Part shown: one piece after another, positions 27,040-42,169 of the stretch
How positions within the stretch are numbered: position 1 is the first letter of the stretch
Layout: each line of letters starts with the position of its first letter
Assembly: GCF_009914755.1 (NCBI RefSeq)
Contig: NC_060946.1
DNA: 64,000 nt
Source of the DNA: the human T2T-CHM13v2.0 reference genome, Homo sapiens
Direction: 5' to 3' (one strand)
Position numbers and translations under genes: made by a program
Notes under the pieces: model-generated
Told to the model about the DNA's origin: nothing
Databases searched by the model: none
What the model saw: the letters and a program-made list of their open reading frames with translations, nothing else

Positions 27040-27265
27040 TCTCTTACAAGAGTTTACCATGGGCCAAATGCTCTTCTCAACAGTTTGTCTGTGTTATTCA
27101 TTCAATTCTTACAACAAGGCTAAGTGCTGTTTTCATCCCCATTTTACAGATGACACTCAGAGAGGTTACATGGTTTGCCTGAAGTCACACATCTGGTAAC
27201 TAGCAGAGCTGGGATTTGAACCCACGGCAGGCTGGCAGCAGCATTCATGTTCTTCACCACCATGA
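27040..27265 (-). mobile_element. MIR SINE
   Basis: CATCCCCATTTTACAGATGA..CAGAGCTGGGATTTGAACCCA. Confidence 0.85.
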
Positions 27266-28010
27266 AGACACAAGGGCCCTTGCACATACATGAACAAAAA
27301 CAAACAGGCACTGAAGCATGTTTTCCTGCTTGCGGGACAGAAACACACACACAGCAACCAACATGTGAGAATAGAAGGGAAAAGGACCCCAGACTGTGTG
27401 GACCACAGGGCCTTTGCACCACATTCACTCATCCAGGAACCTGGTGGATGTGAGAAATTTAGGAGCATAGTGAGAAAGGGGAGTATACAGACCCAGGGAC
27501 CCAGGGGTGAGGTCAGGACCAGGTATTGAACGGTCGCAGGGTCAGGAACAAGGTGCAGGATCAAACATTTATGTCCTTGCCCCACCTCTAAAGCACCTCG
27601 ACTTCTTACCCACCAAACCCACACATCCCTGTTGAGATACGGCAGGGCCTAGCGCCCTGGCCCTTGGCCCTGCCACAGAGCTGCCCCCTCCCACTAATGC
27701 ACGGCTTTAGGGATCTGGGGGCTGCTCTATAGGCATGGGTGAGACTTGAGTCCTCCCTGGTGGGGAGGAAAATAGGCAGAGGCCACGGGCAAAGTTCTCT
27801 AGGACATGAGAGTTTTGCCTCTCCAAAGCCTGCAGAAAGCAGAGGTGAAGGCCTGGGTTTGAGCCTCTCTGTCCCTGATTGTAAAGTGGAGATCACACTA
27901 AAACATGAGCCGCAGGGTGGTCGTAAGAACAAAATGACAAACGAGGGATTCAGGGCTTAGCCCAGTGCAAGGTTCTCCGTTGCATACTCTATGAATATTC
28001 ATATTATTAT

Positions 28011-28988
28011 TCAAAAGAATGGAAATCAGTCTATCGAAGAGATATCTGCACTCTCATGCTTATTGCAGCTCTGTTCTCAATAGCCAAGATCTGGCAGCAG
28101 CCTAAGTGTCCATCAACAGGTGAATGGATAAAGAAATATGGTACCTATGCATGATGAAGTACTATTCAGCCATGAAAAAGAATGAGACCCAGGCATTTGC
28201 AAAAACATGGATGGAACTGAGGGTCATTATGTTAAGTGAAATAAGCAAGGCCCAGAAAGATAAACTTCACATGTCTCACTTATTTGAGAGAGCCAAAAAT
28301 TAAAACGATTGAACCCATGGAGACAGAGAGTAGAAGGATGGTTACCAGAGGCTGGGAAGTGTAGTTGAGGGATGTGGGGAAGTGGGAATTCTTAATGGGT
28401 ACAGAAAAGTAGCTAGAAAGAATAAATAAGACCTAGTATTTGCTAGCACAACTGGGCGACTATAGTCAGTAATAATTTAATTTTACATTTTAAAATAACT
28501 AAAAGAGTATAATTGGATTGTTTGTAACATAAACGATAGATGCTTGAGGGGATGGATACTCCATTTACCCTGATGTGATTATTAGGTATTGCATGCCTGA
28601 GGCTGGGCACCGTGGCTCATGCCTGTAATCCCAGCACTTTGGGAGGCCGAGGCGGGCGGATCACAAGGTCAGGAGATCGAGATCATCCTAGCTACCAAGG
28701 TGAAACCCCGTCTCTACCATGAATACAAAAAGAAATTAGCCAGGCATGGTGGTGGGCGCCTGTAGTCCCAGCTACTTGGGAGGCTGAGGCAGGAGAATGG
28801 CGTGAACCCCGGGAGGCAGAGCTTGCAGTGAGCCGAGATCGCGCCACTGCACTCCAGCCTGGGTGACAGAGCAAGACTCCATCTCAAAAAAAAAAAAAAA
28901 AAAAAAGGTATTGCATGCCTGTGTCAAAATAGCTCATGTACTCCATAGGTATATATACCATACCCACGAAAAGTAAAAATTAAAAAAT
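28011..28988 (+). mobile_element. 5'-truncated L1MA-type LINE 3' end
   Basis: GAAATCAGTCTATCGAAGAGATATCTGCACTC..AGCCTAAGTGTCCATCAACAGGTGAATGGATAAAG; perfect 16-bp TSD ATATTCATATTATTAT (27995-28010, 28989-29004). Confidence 0.93.
28601..28906 (+). mobile_element. AluY
   Basis: Y diagnostics GGAGAATGGCGTGAACCC..GAGCTTGCAGTGAGCCGAGATCGCGCC; TSD AGGTATTGCATGCCTG (28584-28599, 28906-28921). Confidence 0.95.
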
Positions 28989-29699
28989 ATATTCATATTA
29001 TTATCATCATCCTCATTAGCATTATCATCACTATACCTTGGCTTTTGTTGCAATTTGCTAAACACAGGAGTAAGAGGGGAGGACTAAAGGGCACCAGCCT
29101 TTGGAGCTGGAGTTCCACCACCTTGGGGAAACTGAGGCCCAGAGAGGGAAAGGGGCAGGGCAGAGCCAGGGTGGACACAACTGGTCGTGCAGAAGAGGGT
29201 GTGCCAGGCAGTGCCACCAGCTCAGACGTGACAGTCCCTTTGCCATCCGAGGTCTGCAGCAGGAATGATCAGGGGAGCAAGCACTGAGGGGCCACTGCAT
29301 GCCAGGCAATGTCCACACAGCCCCCTGGGAGTTCTCCAAGCAGCCATAGGTCACTGGTGTGAGAGTACCATGTCCCAGATGGGGAAACAGAGGCATGAGC
29401 CTCCCAGTCACCTGCCCAAGATCCCAAAGCCAAGTAAATGACGAGGCTGGGATTTGAGCCAGTTCTGACAATTCCAAGATCCTCTACTCCAGCCAGCCCT
29501 GAGGCCCCGTCCCTCTGTCACCTGCTTCCCCAGGGTCCAAACTCCAGACAGTGGTATTTTCTTCCCTTCCTGTTGCCCAGATGGTGCCGGTCTCTTTGTC
29601 TTGAGGGTTTCTTCCCCTTTCCTTTTTCTTTTTTCTCACTTGCATTCTTTCTTTTCCTTTTCTTTTTTTTTTTTTTTTTTTTTTCCATCTTTGAAGGAT

Positions 29700-30200
29700 G
29701 AAGGAGCAACTCCCTGGATGGCATGGGAAAACAAAAGGGACTGCTGTCCCACAGCCCAGTGGCAGCCTCGCCACCCAGAGCTGGAAGGTATGGAAATGAG
29801 CTGTTGTGGATGCAAATGAGGCTTCTGGGTGATTTGCACAGAGCCGGCCTGGGCGGGGCCAAGGTGGAGCAACTAGGGAAGGCTGTCGGGAGTTTTCCCA
29901 ACCTTCCCCCAGGTACCTGGCTTCTCCAGGCCAGCCTTCCCTTGAGAAGGCCTCCCTAAAAGCTCTGGCCTCTGCAGCATGAAATATCTGGGCAGCTGTT
30001 GGGATTTCGTCATTTCTATCTGTGTACATAAAATTAATTTTCTGTTTGTTATCTCATTGTGCAAACAAATGGCTGATTGGAATTCTTTTAAACCAAATTT
30101 GAGGGGTTAGTTTGGGATAGTGTGACTTAACAAGTTTGGGATAGTGTAACTTGATAAGAGAGACCACTTCCATAAGGTGCCGTGAATGGAAAATACACAG
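29700..30200. promoter_or_regulatory. unique block, candidate enhancer
   Basis: octamer ATGCAAAT at 29810-29817; AAATTAATTT; SOX-like CATTGT; FOX-like GCAAACAAA. Confidence 0.35.
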
Positions 30201-30319
30201 AGGAATCCTACTGATCCTTGGGCTGAGTCCCAAGAGCAGACTTTGGTGTGCTTTGGGTAACGCTTTGGCACAGAGTGCAGTGCGACGGTGAGGGTGGCAC
30301 TGATTCTCCCTAGAGTGCA

Positions 30320-31310
30320 TGGGTGGGATGGAGGATGGTGGATAGGAGGAAGGGTGTAGTAGAAGAACGGGTAGATGAAGGGAGGCAGGGAGGATTAGCC
30401 AATGGATGGATAGATGGATGAAAGAATTGAAGCATAGAAGGATGGAAGGGAAGAAGGGAGGGAGAGATGGAGGGAGGGAAGAAGGGCTGAATGATGATGG
30501 ATGGATATGGATGGGTGGATGGATAGATGAAAGGATGAAAGGATGGATAGGAGGAAGAAAGGAAGAGAGGAAGGAAGGGGAAGGAAGTGGGGAAAAGAGG
30601 GAGGGAGAGAGGGAGAAAGAGTTGAAGGAGTGATGGATGGATGGATGGATGGATGGATGGATGGATGGGAGGAAGGAAGGATGGGTAGGAGGAATGGTAT
30701 ACTAGAGGGACAGATGGATGAGGGGAGGGAGGATTAAAAAATGAATGGATAGATGGATGAAATGATTGAAGGATGAAAGGATGGAATGGAGGAAGGGAGG
30801 GAGAGAGGGAGGGAGGAAAGAAGGGATTAAATGATGATGGGTGGATATGGACGGGTGGATGGATAGATGAAAGGATGAAAGGATGGGTAGGAGGAAGGAA
30901 GGACGGAAGGGGAAGGGAAGGGGGAAGAGAGGGAGGGAGAAAAGGAGGAAGAGTTGAATAATGGATGGATGGATGGGAGGAAGTAAGGATGGGTAGGAGG
31001 AAGGGTATACTAAAGAGACAGGTAGATGAGGGGAGGGAGGGAAAATTAATTAATGGATGGATAGATGGATGAAAGGGTTGAAGGATGGAAGGAAGGAATG
31101 GAGGAAGGGAGAGAGAGAGGGAAGAAGGGCTGAATGATGATGGGTGGATGTGGATGGATGGGTAGGAGGAAGAAAGGAAGGAAGGAAGGCAAAAAGGAAG
31201 GAAAGAAGGGAGGGAGGAAGAGTTGAATGATGGATGGATGTGAATGGATGGGGGGATGGATGGATGAATGGATGGATGGGTGGATGGAAGGAAGGAAAGG
31301 AGAAGGGAAA
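30320..31310. repeat. purine-rich GGAT/GGAA array with about 310-340-bp higher-order units
   Basis: marker GGATAGATGGATGAAA at about 30407, 30746 and 31059. Confidence 0.92.
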
Positions 31311-31315
31311 TAGAA

Positions 31316-32074
31316 TGTGTTAACTTACTCAGGCTGTATTATGCACTACAAGTTTATGTGCCCCACAAAATTCATATGTTGAAACCCCACTCCCCAGTGG
31401 GAAGGCTTTAGAAGGTGGGGAGTTGGGGAAGTAAGTAAGTCATGAGGATGGAGCCCTCATGATGGGATTAGTGCCCTTATAAGAGGAGACAGGGGAGTAC
31501 TTGTTTTCTCTCTTTCTGCTCTCTGCCACGCAAGAACTTGGCAAGAAAACAGCCATCTGCAAACCAGAAAGAGGGGCCCCACCAGAACCCAACCATGCTG
31601 CTACCTTGATTTCAGACTATAAGAAATACATTTGTATTGTTTAAGCCACCCAGTGTAAGATCATTTTTATAGCACCCCAACTGACTAAGACAAGCTGACA
31701 TAACAAAATACCTAAGACTGAGTGGTTTAAACAACAGAAAGTTATTTTCTCACAGTTCTTGAGGGTAGAAGTCCAAGATCAAGAATCCAACTGATCTGTT
31801 TCTGGTGAGGGCTCTCTTCCTGGCTTGAAGACAACTGCCTTCTCATGGTGTGCTCACATGGCCTTTCCTCTTTGTGTGCCCAGAGACACAGAGAGAGGGA
31901 GAGCTCTGGTGTCTCTTCCTATAAGGACACTAATCCTATCAGTTCAGGGCCCCACCCTTATGACCTAATTTAACTTTAATCACTTCCTTAGAGATCCCAT
32001 CTTCAAATGTAGCTACACAGAGGGTTAGGGCTTCAACATATTAATTTAGGGGGACACACACCTTCAGTCCATAG
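31316..32074 (-). mobile_element. MaLR solo LTR, MLT1A0-like (outer)
   Basis: TGTGTTAACTTACTCAGGCTG|ACATAACAAAATACC..AAACAACAGAAAGTTATTTTCTCACAGTTCT..CTTCAGTCCATAG. Confidence 0.88.
31337..31692 (+). mobile_element. MaLR solo LTR, MLT1A-like (inner)
   Basis: CAAAATTCATATGTTGAAACCC..GGAGCCCTCATGATGGGATTAGTGCCCTTATAAGAGG..GACTAAGACA; TSD gGCTG/aGCTG. Confidence 0.88.
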
Positions 32075-32219
32075 GTTGATGGGTGAATGGGGAAACCTAA
32101 CATCCTTCCTTTGTTCTTTCATTCATTCAATAAGACTTTCTTAAGCCAGGCTATAACAAGGAAGGAGACAGGCATGTTCCCGGTGTTCACAAAGCTCACA
32201 GAATACCTTGACTTTCCCC

Positions 32220-33750
32220 CAGGAGAGGGTCTAGCAGAGAAGAGTCTGGCTTCAGGGTCAAACAGTCCCGCCTGGAGATCCAGGCTGTGTGGATGACGAT
32301 GTGACCTCAAGCAATGACACCTTCTTTTAATCTGTCATCTCCTCATCTGTAAAATAAGGATCATGACAGCCCCTGCCTCCTACAGTCACTGTGAGCATTC
32401 GATGAATTAGGACATAAAACTCCCTGTTAAGAGTAAGTAGCTGCTATTGTAATGCATGCTGCCTTTGCCACTGGTTCACTGCATGGTCTTAGGCAAGGCT
32501 GTGTCCTCTCTGAGTTGAACCCAATCTCCTCATCTGCAAAATGGACATCATAAGGCCAGCTCCAAGGCACTGCTTGTTGGATGTTCAAATGAGACAAACG
32601 AAACACACAGGCTGTGTAAGCTGTAACACGCTTGCCATGCATGAGAGTCTGGGCATTGTGGGTCTCAAGCCCACAGCCACACTAGTATATGAATCTGGGT
32701 TCCTTAATAGATTGTGTACTCCCAAAGTGCAGGGTCTCTGGCAAACTTATCTCAGCTGCCTCAGTATCCAACATGCAGGAGATGAGTAGGTGATCTGTGA
32801 GTTTCTGTTGAATTAATGAATTAAGGGAAGTGATTACCTTGCCAGACCCAGAATTCAGAGGAAATCATAAATATGGTCCCTGAGCTATCACCTCTTTCTC
32901 ACTACGTCTGGCTCTTATGTGACCTTGGACACAGTCTCTTTCTGGGATTCCTCCTCTGGAGAGACCCTGGAGGCTCATCATCCACAAATTCTGGGGGTGC
33001 TAGGGAGGGATCAGTATGAGAAGAAATTAATAAGAATATCAGTTTTGTTATTATTATATTACCAACTAATACAATTATGGCTGGGATGTAGTAAGGCTCA
33101 CTTTGGATTCAGACAGTTCATTTATTTGTGACCTTGGAGGTTGCTTTTCTTCTACGAACCCGTTTTCTCATCTGTGACATGGACACAGATGGATGCTAAT
33201 TCACTGGAGATTGATTCACTGTGACCCAGGTCTGTCAGCCACACAGGCTAATCCCCAATGGTAAGATGTATTTTGGCCAATTCCTATGGGCCCAGAAACA
33301 GCCTGGAGGACACTGACCTGTTTGCCTTGCAGAATGACCCCAGCAGGTTGGTTCTGATTCCATTATTCCCAGTTCAAGATGAGAGGCCCAGGTGATGGGG
33401 CAAGGTATGACATTCCCAGGATTACACAGGGCCAAGGTGGAACTCAAACTCGGGCCAATCTAACTCTGAGCCTTAGCTGGCTGCCACCGTATTCCCGCCT
33501 CTCCACCCAGCATTCCCATGAGTCCCAAACAAGAGATCACAGCACAGGCGTTGGAGACAGAGATTCCAGGAGACCCAGGCTCTGCTGGGTGCCTTTGGGC
33601 AAGTGCCTTGATGTCTCTGGGCCTCCCCAGGCTCACCTGTAAAACGAAGCAACATGATGATGCCTTGCAGGTTGGTTGTGAGTGTTAGACCATCCAGTTA
33701 ACACGCTAAGCATGGGCATGCCCAGCTCATGCCTGGTGAAGAGTAGGCTT
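32220..33750 (+). mobile_element. cluster of MIR fragments
   Basis: CCTCATCTGTAAAATAAGG (32341), CCTCATCTGCAAAATGG (32528), TGTGACCTTGG, TTTGGGCAAGTGCCTTGA..CACCTGTAAAACG. Confidence 0.75.
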
Positions 33751-34261
33751 TCCTTCCCGCTCCACACCTCTGCCTGCAGGCCCACCTCCATCCACCGACC
33801 ACCCCATGGGCCACTCAATCAGCTCACAGCCAAAGCCACTGTCAAAACAACAGAACCACATATGCCAGCCGCAGGTACCACTTACCTACCGAGCACTCAG
33901 GATGTGTGAAGCCCTTTCTGTGCATTAAGTGTGAATGGCCTAGAGACAACCCTATCCCCACTTTGCAGATCAGGAGGTGGATCCCCAGTGTGGTCGAAAG
34001 GACTGGACACATAGCCAGCGAGCTGCAGTCCGAAGATGTGACCCAGGTCTGCCAGCCACATACACCAAGCAGCCTCGGTGACAAATGGCTTCTGGCATTG
34101 AGGTGACACTCCCATGTCACATGTACTTGCTCCCTCTAAGCAGAGGAAGTTGGGCACTGGCCCTTCACGATTATTCCACGGAGAGTCCATTTTATGGCTT
34201 TGGAAACTGAGGCCCCCAAGATGCTCAGAGATGTTCGACTCCATCACTCCATATTTACTGA

Positions 34262-35370
<1,109 letters not shown>

Positions 35371-35487
35371 AGATGTATGAGCTCAAATGTGGGGGCTTAC
35401 TGTGGACCCAGCCACTTTCCAGCACTTTCCAAAGCGAGAATTCCCTTCCACTTCTCACTCCTAGCTCCCAGCATTTGTCCACACTGA

Positions 35488-35877
<390 letters not shown>

Positions 35878-36278
35878 TGAAAGACAAGTTAACACAGACA
35901 CATATACAATTGTGTTCACATACTTAATGCATACATATAAATACAAGTGCACATGCAGATGCACACATATTATATATTCACTATTTTTAAAAAACCTGTA
36001 TTAGAAAAGCCTGTCAATTCCTCAAAGAGTTAAACATAGAATTCCTATTTGGCCCAGACATGCCCCTCCTAGGGTCATGCCCGAGAAAATGAAAACGTGA
36101 ACACACAAATGCTTGCACATGAATGTTCATAGCAGCATTATTCAGAAAGTGAATGGATAAGCGAGATGTGGTATATCTATCATAATTGAATATTATTCAG
36201 CCATAAAAAGAAATGAGGCATTGACACATGCCACAAATTGGATGAACCTGGAAGACATTGTGCTAAGAAGCCAGATGC

Positions 36279-36607
<329 letters not shown>

Positions 36608-36788
36608 TTATCTGAAATATCCAGAATAGGAAAATCTGTAGAGACAGAAAGTATTAATGGATTAATGATTGTCAGGGGGTAGGGGGTGATAGCTAACATT
36701 ATAGGATTTCTTTTGGGGGTGATGACAATGTTTTGGTATTTGACAGTAGTGATGGTTACACAACTCTTGACTATACTAAAAACCATTA

Positions 36789-37242
<454 letters not shown>

Positions 37243-37879
37243 TCACCTAGTGTTGGGCATCCCCAAGGGCTGAGAGGTACAGCCTAGGGTGGAGCAGGAG
37301 GGACCTGCAGAGATGTGTCCTACACTGCACCCATGATGGGCTGTGTGACCCTCAGCAGGTGACTTCGTGTCCCTGAGCGTTGGTTGAGTCTGAGCCTGGG
37401 GGGGCTGGTGTGATATGCCAGAGCTGATAAGAGGTGCTTAGTTCAGGCTCTGGCCTGACCTGGATGCCCAGTGAGTTGTGGTCATTGGGCCCCTCACATG
37501 GCATGACACTGAAGTCACAGGGAAGCTGAGCAAAGCAGAACACAGCCAGCCTTGCTTTGGCAGATGCCTGGAACGGGAGTGGGATGTCACTGGGAGCGTG
37601 CAGGGCAGGCAGGCCCCAGCCAGGCCGGGGAAGGGATTTGCTGTTCCCATCTCCCTGCAGTGAGGGCAGGCGCTCCCTGACCCCCATCCACTATCTCCCT
37701 GATGCAAGGAGGCCTTGGCCTGTGGCCCAGCCAATGGACCCACCCACTGCGCTCTCCCTGGGAGAGATGCCAGAGGGCTGGAGGGAGGGCAGGGTCCCAT
37801 CAGAACCATGTGCCAGGGGCTGGACTTGCAGAGCCTCGGCAGAACTCCAGCCTCAGCCCCACGGCAGCCAGTGGCCTTT

Positions 37880-38125
37880 TAGGACATGAATCCAGTCACG
37901 TCTCCCCCTTGCTTAAAACCCTCTGCTCACCTTTTACCATGGCCTTCAGGACCCTGTGTGTCCTGGCCCTGCCCAGCAATCTGACCCCGTCTCCTCTCAC
38001 TCTTTGCCTTGCTCACACCAAGCCAGCCTCCAGGCCTTCACCCTGGGCATTTCCTCCAGCCTTCCTGCCGCTCCTCATTCCTCAGGCCCCAGCTCAGAGG
38101 TCACCTCTCAGAGAAACATCTCCCA
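37880..38125 (+). mobile_element. L2 fragment
   Basis: CACGTCTCCCCCTTGCTTAAAACCCTC..CAGCTCAGAGGTCACCTCTCAGAGA. Confidence 0.65.
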
Positions 38126-38149
38126 CCTGCTTTGGAGCCTGCTTTGCTC

Positions 38150-38437
38150 TTTTTTCTTTTTCTTTTTAGAGATGGGATCTTGCTCTGCTGCACAAGCTGG
38201 AGTGCAGTGGCGAGGTGATAGCTCACTGCAGCCTTGACCTCCTGGGCTCAAGCAATCCTCTCTCCTCAACCTCCTGAGTGGCTGAGACTACAGGCTTGTG
38301 CCACCACTCCTGGCTATTTTTTATTTATTTATTTTGTTTGTAGAGGTAAGGTCTCACCATGTTGCCCAGGCTGGTCTCAAACTCCTAGCCTCAAATCGAT
38401 CCTCCCACCTCAGCCTTCCAAAGTGCTGGGATTACCA
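38150..38437 (-). mobile_element. AluJo-like
   Basis: ATAGCTCACTGCAGCCTTGACCTCCTGGGCTCAAGCAATCC. Confidence 0.92.
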
Positions 38438-39046
38438 CTACACTCTTCTCTGCCTCAATTCTGTCTTCATGTACAGATAGCACCCAACCACGATTGTCCA
38501 ATAAGTGCACAAGGCAGGCAGCACAGGTCCCGGCCCCAGGCCTGCCCCTGGTTCACTGAGAGACCCTGAACAGATTGCACCTCCTCTCCACATGACAGAC
38601 CAGACCTTTGTGAAGTGTGAAGAAGCGGAGGAATCTCCTGTTTGACTCAAATTGTAGGTGGCCCCCAACACCTAAAGCAGCTAGAGCTGCCAAATGTCAA
38701 CCCTGATTGTTCTGCTGGTGGAAAGGTGAAAGGTGGGGCAGGGGCAGCGTTCTGCTCCATCATATTTTTATCACTCTTCCCGTTTTCCCCAGTGACTAAT
38801 TCTTTGTTCATCAGAGTGAAAAGATTGTTTGAAAAAAAAAATGCTAAATCTCAACTGAGAATGTAAGGCGAGATCGTTTCTCAGGGTTCCTCCAGGTCTG
38901 GAAAATGCAAAGGGGAACTTCAGCAGAAGAGGGCAGGAGGGGCTCTTGTTTTTTTGCAAACCAAGAAGGAAACACGAGTGGGGGAATTTGAGAGAGTGCA
39001 GTGGGCTGGTGGGGAGACACCAGCAGTTGTTCCCATACCGTTGCTC

Positions 39047-39365
<319 letters not shown>

Positions 39366-40825
39366 AGGCACTATTTCTCATTTCTCCAGATCCCTCCTCA
39401 TCTTGGCCACTGGCTTCTGATTTCATTCATTCATTCACTCACTTAACTCATGTTCCTTGAGCTCCTACTTTTGGAGCTTTGCAGGGTTCTGGGGATCCAG
39501 CCAAGCACACAGCAGACAGGTCCTGTCCCTTGTGGAGCTGAGGGTCTGTAGTCAGTGCCCCCAGGGGTCAAGGTCTCTCTGAGTGTGATGTACTACTGGC
39601 CCCACATGGACCGTGACAGTCACTCTCCTCGGTTCCCACTCTGCACCACTATTCACGCAGCCTCCTATGATGGTCATCGTCCCATAAAATCAGGCCCATT
39701 AGAATCCTCAAATCTATCCAGGAGCTCCTGTCTGCCCAGGGCCCCATCTTGGATGACACCATTACATCTTGAGGGTGGTTACTGATCTTCCGTCTTTCTT
39801 TTGTTAAAAATTAACTTCAGGGTTTTTTTTCTAATTTTATCAAGACAGTAAATGCGTATTGTAGACAATCTGGCAATGTAGGTATTTGCCTATATTACTA
39901 GCTGTGGAACATCAGGCAAGGTGCTTCTCAAACCCTTAATGTCGTCATCTGTGAAATGGGGACAGTCCTAGTACTCACATCACAGATTCATTGTAAGGAG
40001 TAAAAGAGACTCCAAATGTATGCATCTGGCACAGAAGAAGCTTAAAATAAATGCACTAAGATGAAGACCAAAAAGAGACTTGTAGCCCAACATCAGGGAC
40101 AAACCCAGACAACATCTTATAATAGATTACTCTCTTCCAGATATTTTTTTTCTGCACAGATTTAAAGAAAGAAAGAGACAGATGTAAAACAACAATTTTT
40201 CAGGTATATGGAGATCACAATGTAATTCTATTTTGTAATCTGGTTTTATTCTCATTTAACAGCCTGAACATTTGACCCACAAAATGATAATATTACCTTG
40301 AACCTATAAAGACCTTTCCATCTTTTTGTTACTTCAATGGAAATGCAAAGTTTTAGCAAACTGCCCCTCTGCTGGTTATATGTAAGAAAGTGTATTTCCC
40401 TATGTCTATAAGTCCTCTTCTAAGACCTAATTTTATGGCTGAACTGAATTTCAGCCTGTAGCTAGACCTTAATTGATTCAAGCAATGTAAGTAAAAATAA
40501 GTGGTAATAAGCAAAAACAAAACAGCAAAATAAGTAACAATGGTTATTACTAGTGTTGTAACAGCATTGGTCAGGTTGTTTGTTTCTACTGATCTGCTAT
40601 AATCAATGCTGTCATGACATCCTCGTTGATAAAATCTTTGTCCATAAGAAACAAATTCTTTAGGATTTCTAAAGGAATCCATCCCCAAAACAGAGACTAC
40701 GAATAAGCTTTCCGAATGTTGTTGCCCTTTGTGATATGCCCACAGAGAAGGGACCAAGACATGTTGGGCATTTTTTAAGTGTTAAGTGTTATGCTAGGCA
40801 TTTGGCCCAGGCATTGAATCTCCAA

Positions 40826-41125
40826 GCAGTGGCTCACACCTGGAATCTCAGCACTTTGGGAGGCCAAGGCGGGAGGATTGCTTGAGGCCAGGAGTTCGAG
40901 ATTAGCCTGGACCACATAGGTAGACCCCATCTCTACAAAAAATTAAAGAAAAAGTAGCCAGGCTTGGTGGCACACATCTGTAATACCAGCTACTCAGGAA
41001 GCTGAGGTGGGAGGATCACTTGAGCCCAAGAGTTTGGGGCTGCAGTGAGCTATGATTGCACCACTGAGCTCCAGCCTGAGTGACAAAATGAAATCCTGTC
41101 TCTTAAAAAAAAAAAAAAAAAAAAA
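40826..41125 (+). mobile_element. AluJ, slightly 5'-truncated
   Basis: GGATTGCTTGAGGCCAGGAGTTCGAG; TSD GAATCTCCA (40816-40824, 41126-41134). Confidence 0.92.
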
Positions 41126-41266
41126 GAATCTCCATAATAACCCTTTCATTTTTTTTGTTGTTGTTGTTGCTTCAATGGATATGCAAAATTTTAGCAAACT
41201 GTTCTGCTACTTATGTGTGAGAAAGCCTATTTCCCCACACCATCACCAATACTGGGCATTATGATT

Positions 41267-41760
41267 TGTATCAGTCAGCTATTGCTGTGTAACAAACCAT
41301 TACCAAACTCAATGGCTTAAAATAGTAAGCATTTATTATTGCTCATGCATCCACAGGTCAGTCAGCTGGTTCTTCTGATCTCAATCAGCCTACTTGTGCA
41401 TCACTGGCTGATTTTGCTGATTATTACCGGGCTCTCTCAAATGTCCAGAGCTTGGCTCTACTCCACATGGTCTCTCCTCCTCCCCCAAGCTAGCCCAGGC
41501 TTGTTCCATGGCAGCAGCAGAATTTCAGGTTAGCAAATCGAAGCTGCAAGTCCCTTATGGCCGAGGTTCAGAACAGGTACAGAATCACATCATCACATCC
41601 ACCACATTCTATTGGCCAAAACATGTCACATGACTGAGGCTTGATTCAAGGAGTGGGAAACAGACTCTATCTCTCCCTCTGGGAGGAACTGCAAAGCCAC
41701 ATTGCAAAGGATACAGATACAGAGAAGGGAGGCAAATTAAGAACATTTTTGCAAACAATC
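41267..41760 (-). mobile_element. MaLR LTR, MLT1F-H-like
   Basis: TGTATCAGTCAGCTATTGCTGTGTAACAAACC..CCACATTCTATTGGCCAAAAC..GATTCAAGGAGTGGGAAACAGACTC. Confidence 0.85.
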
Positions 41761-42169
41761 ACGTAATTTTTTAATTTTTAATTTTTTAATTCTATTTTTA
41801 AAGTTTTTACCAATTTTCTAACTTCAGAAAATGTTTTAATGCATATTATTGGATTATACCCTGCTTTCCTTCCCTCTGTTTATTGGCCACTCATCAATTG
41901 ACTCTTTGCACCCGAACACTAATCTTTATATACACCCTGGCCCACACTCCGCCTGGAATTCCAGTCCATGCTCCTTCTGGAAGCCAGCCGTCACCCCCAC
42001 GCTTCAGCTCCTCCTTCGCATAATGAATAGCCCAGGAGCCTGCAGGAGAGAGAGCCATGGCCAACCACCACCAGCACTTCCCCCGGGCAAGCCCCATGAT
42101 GACACCATCCATCACTGCCACCCTCGGTGGCTGTGCGCCCCAGGCCCGGCCAAGGAGGAGAGAAAACAC

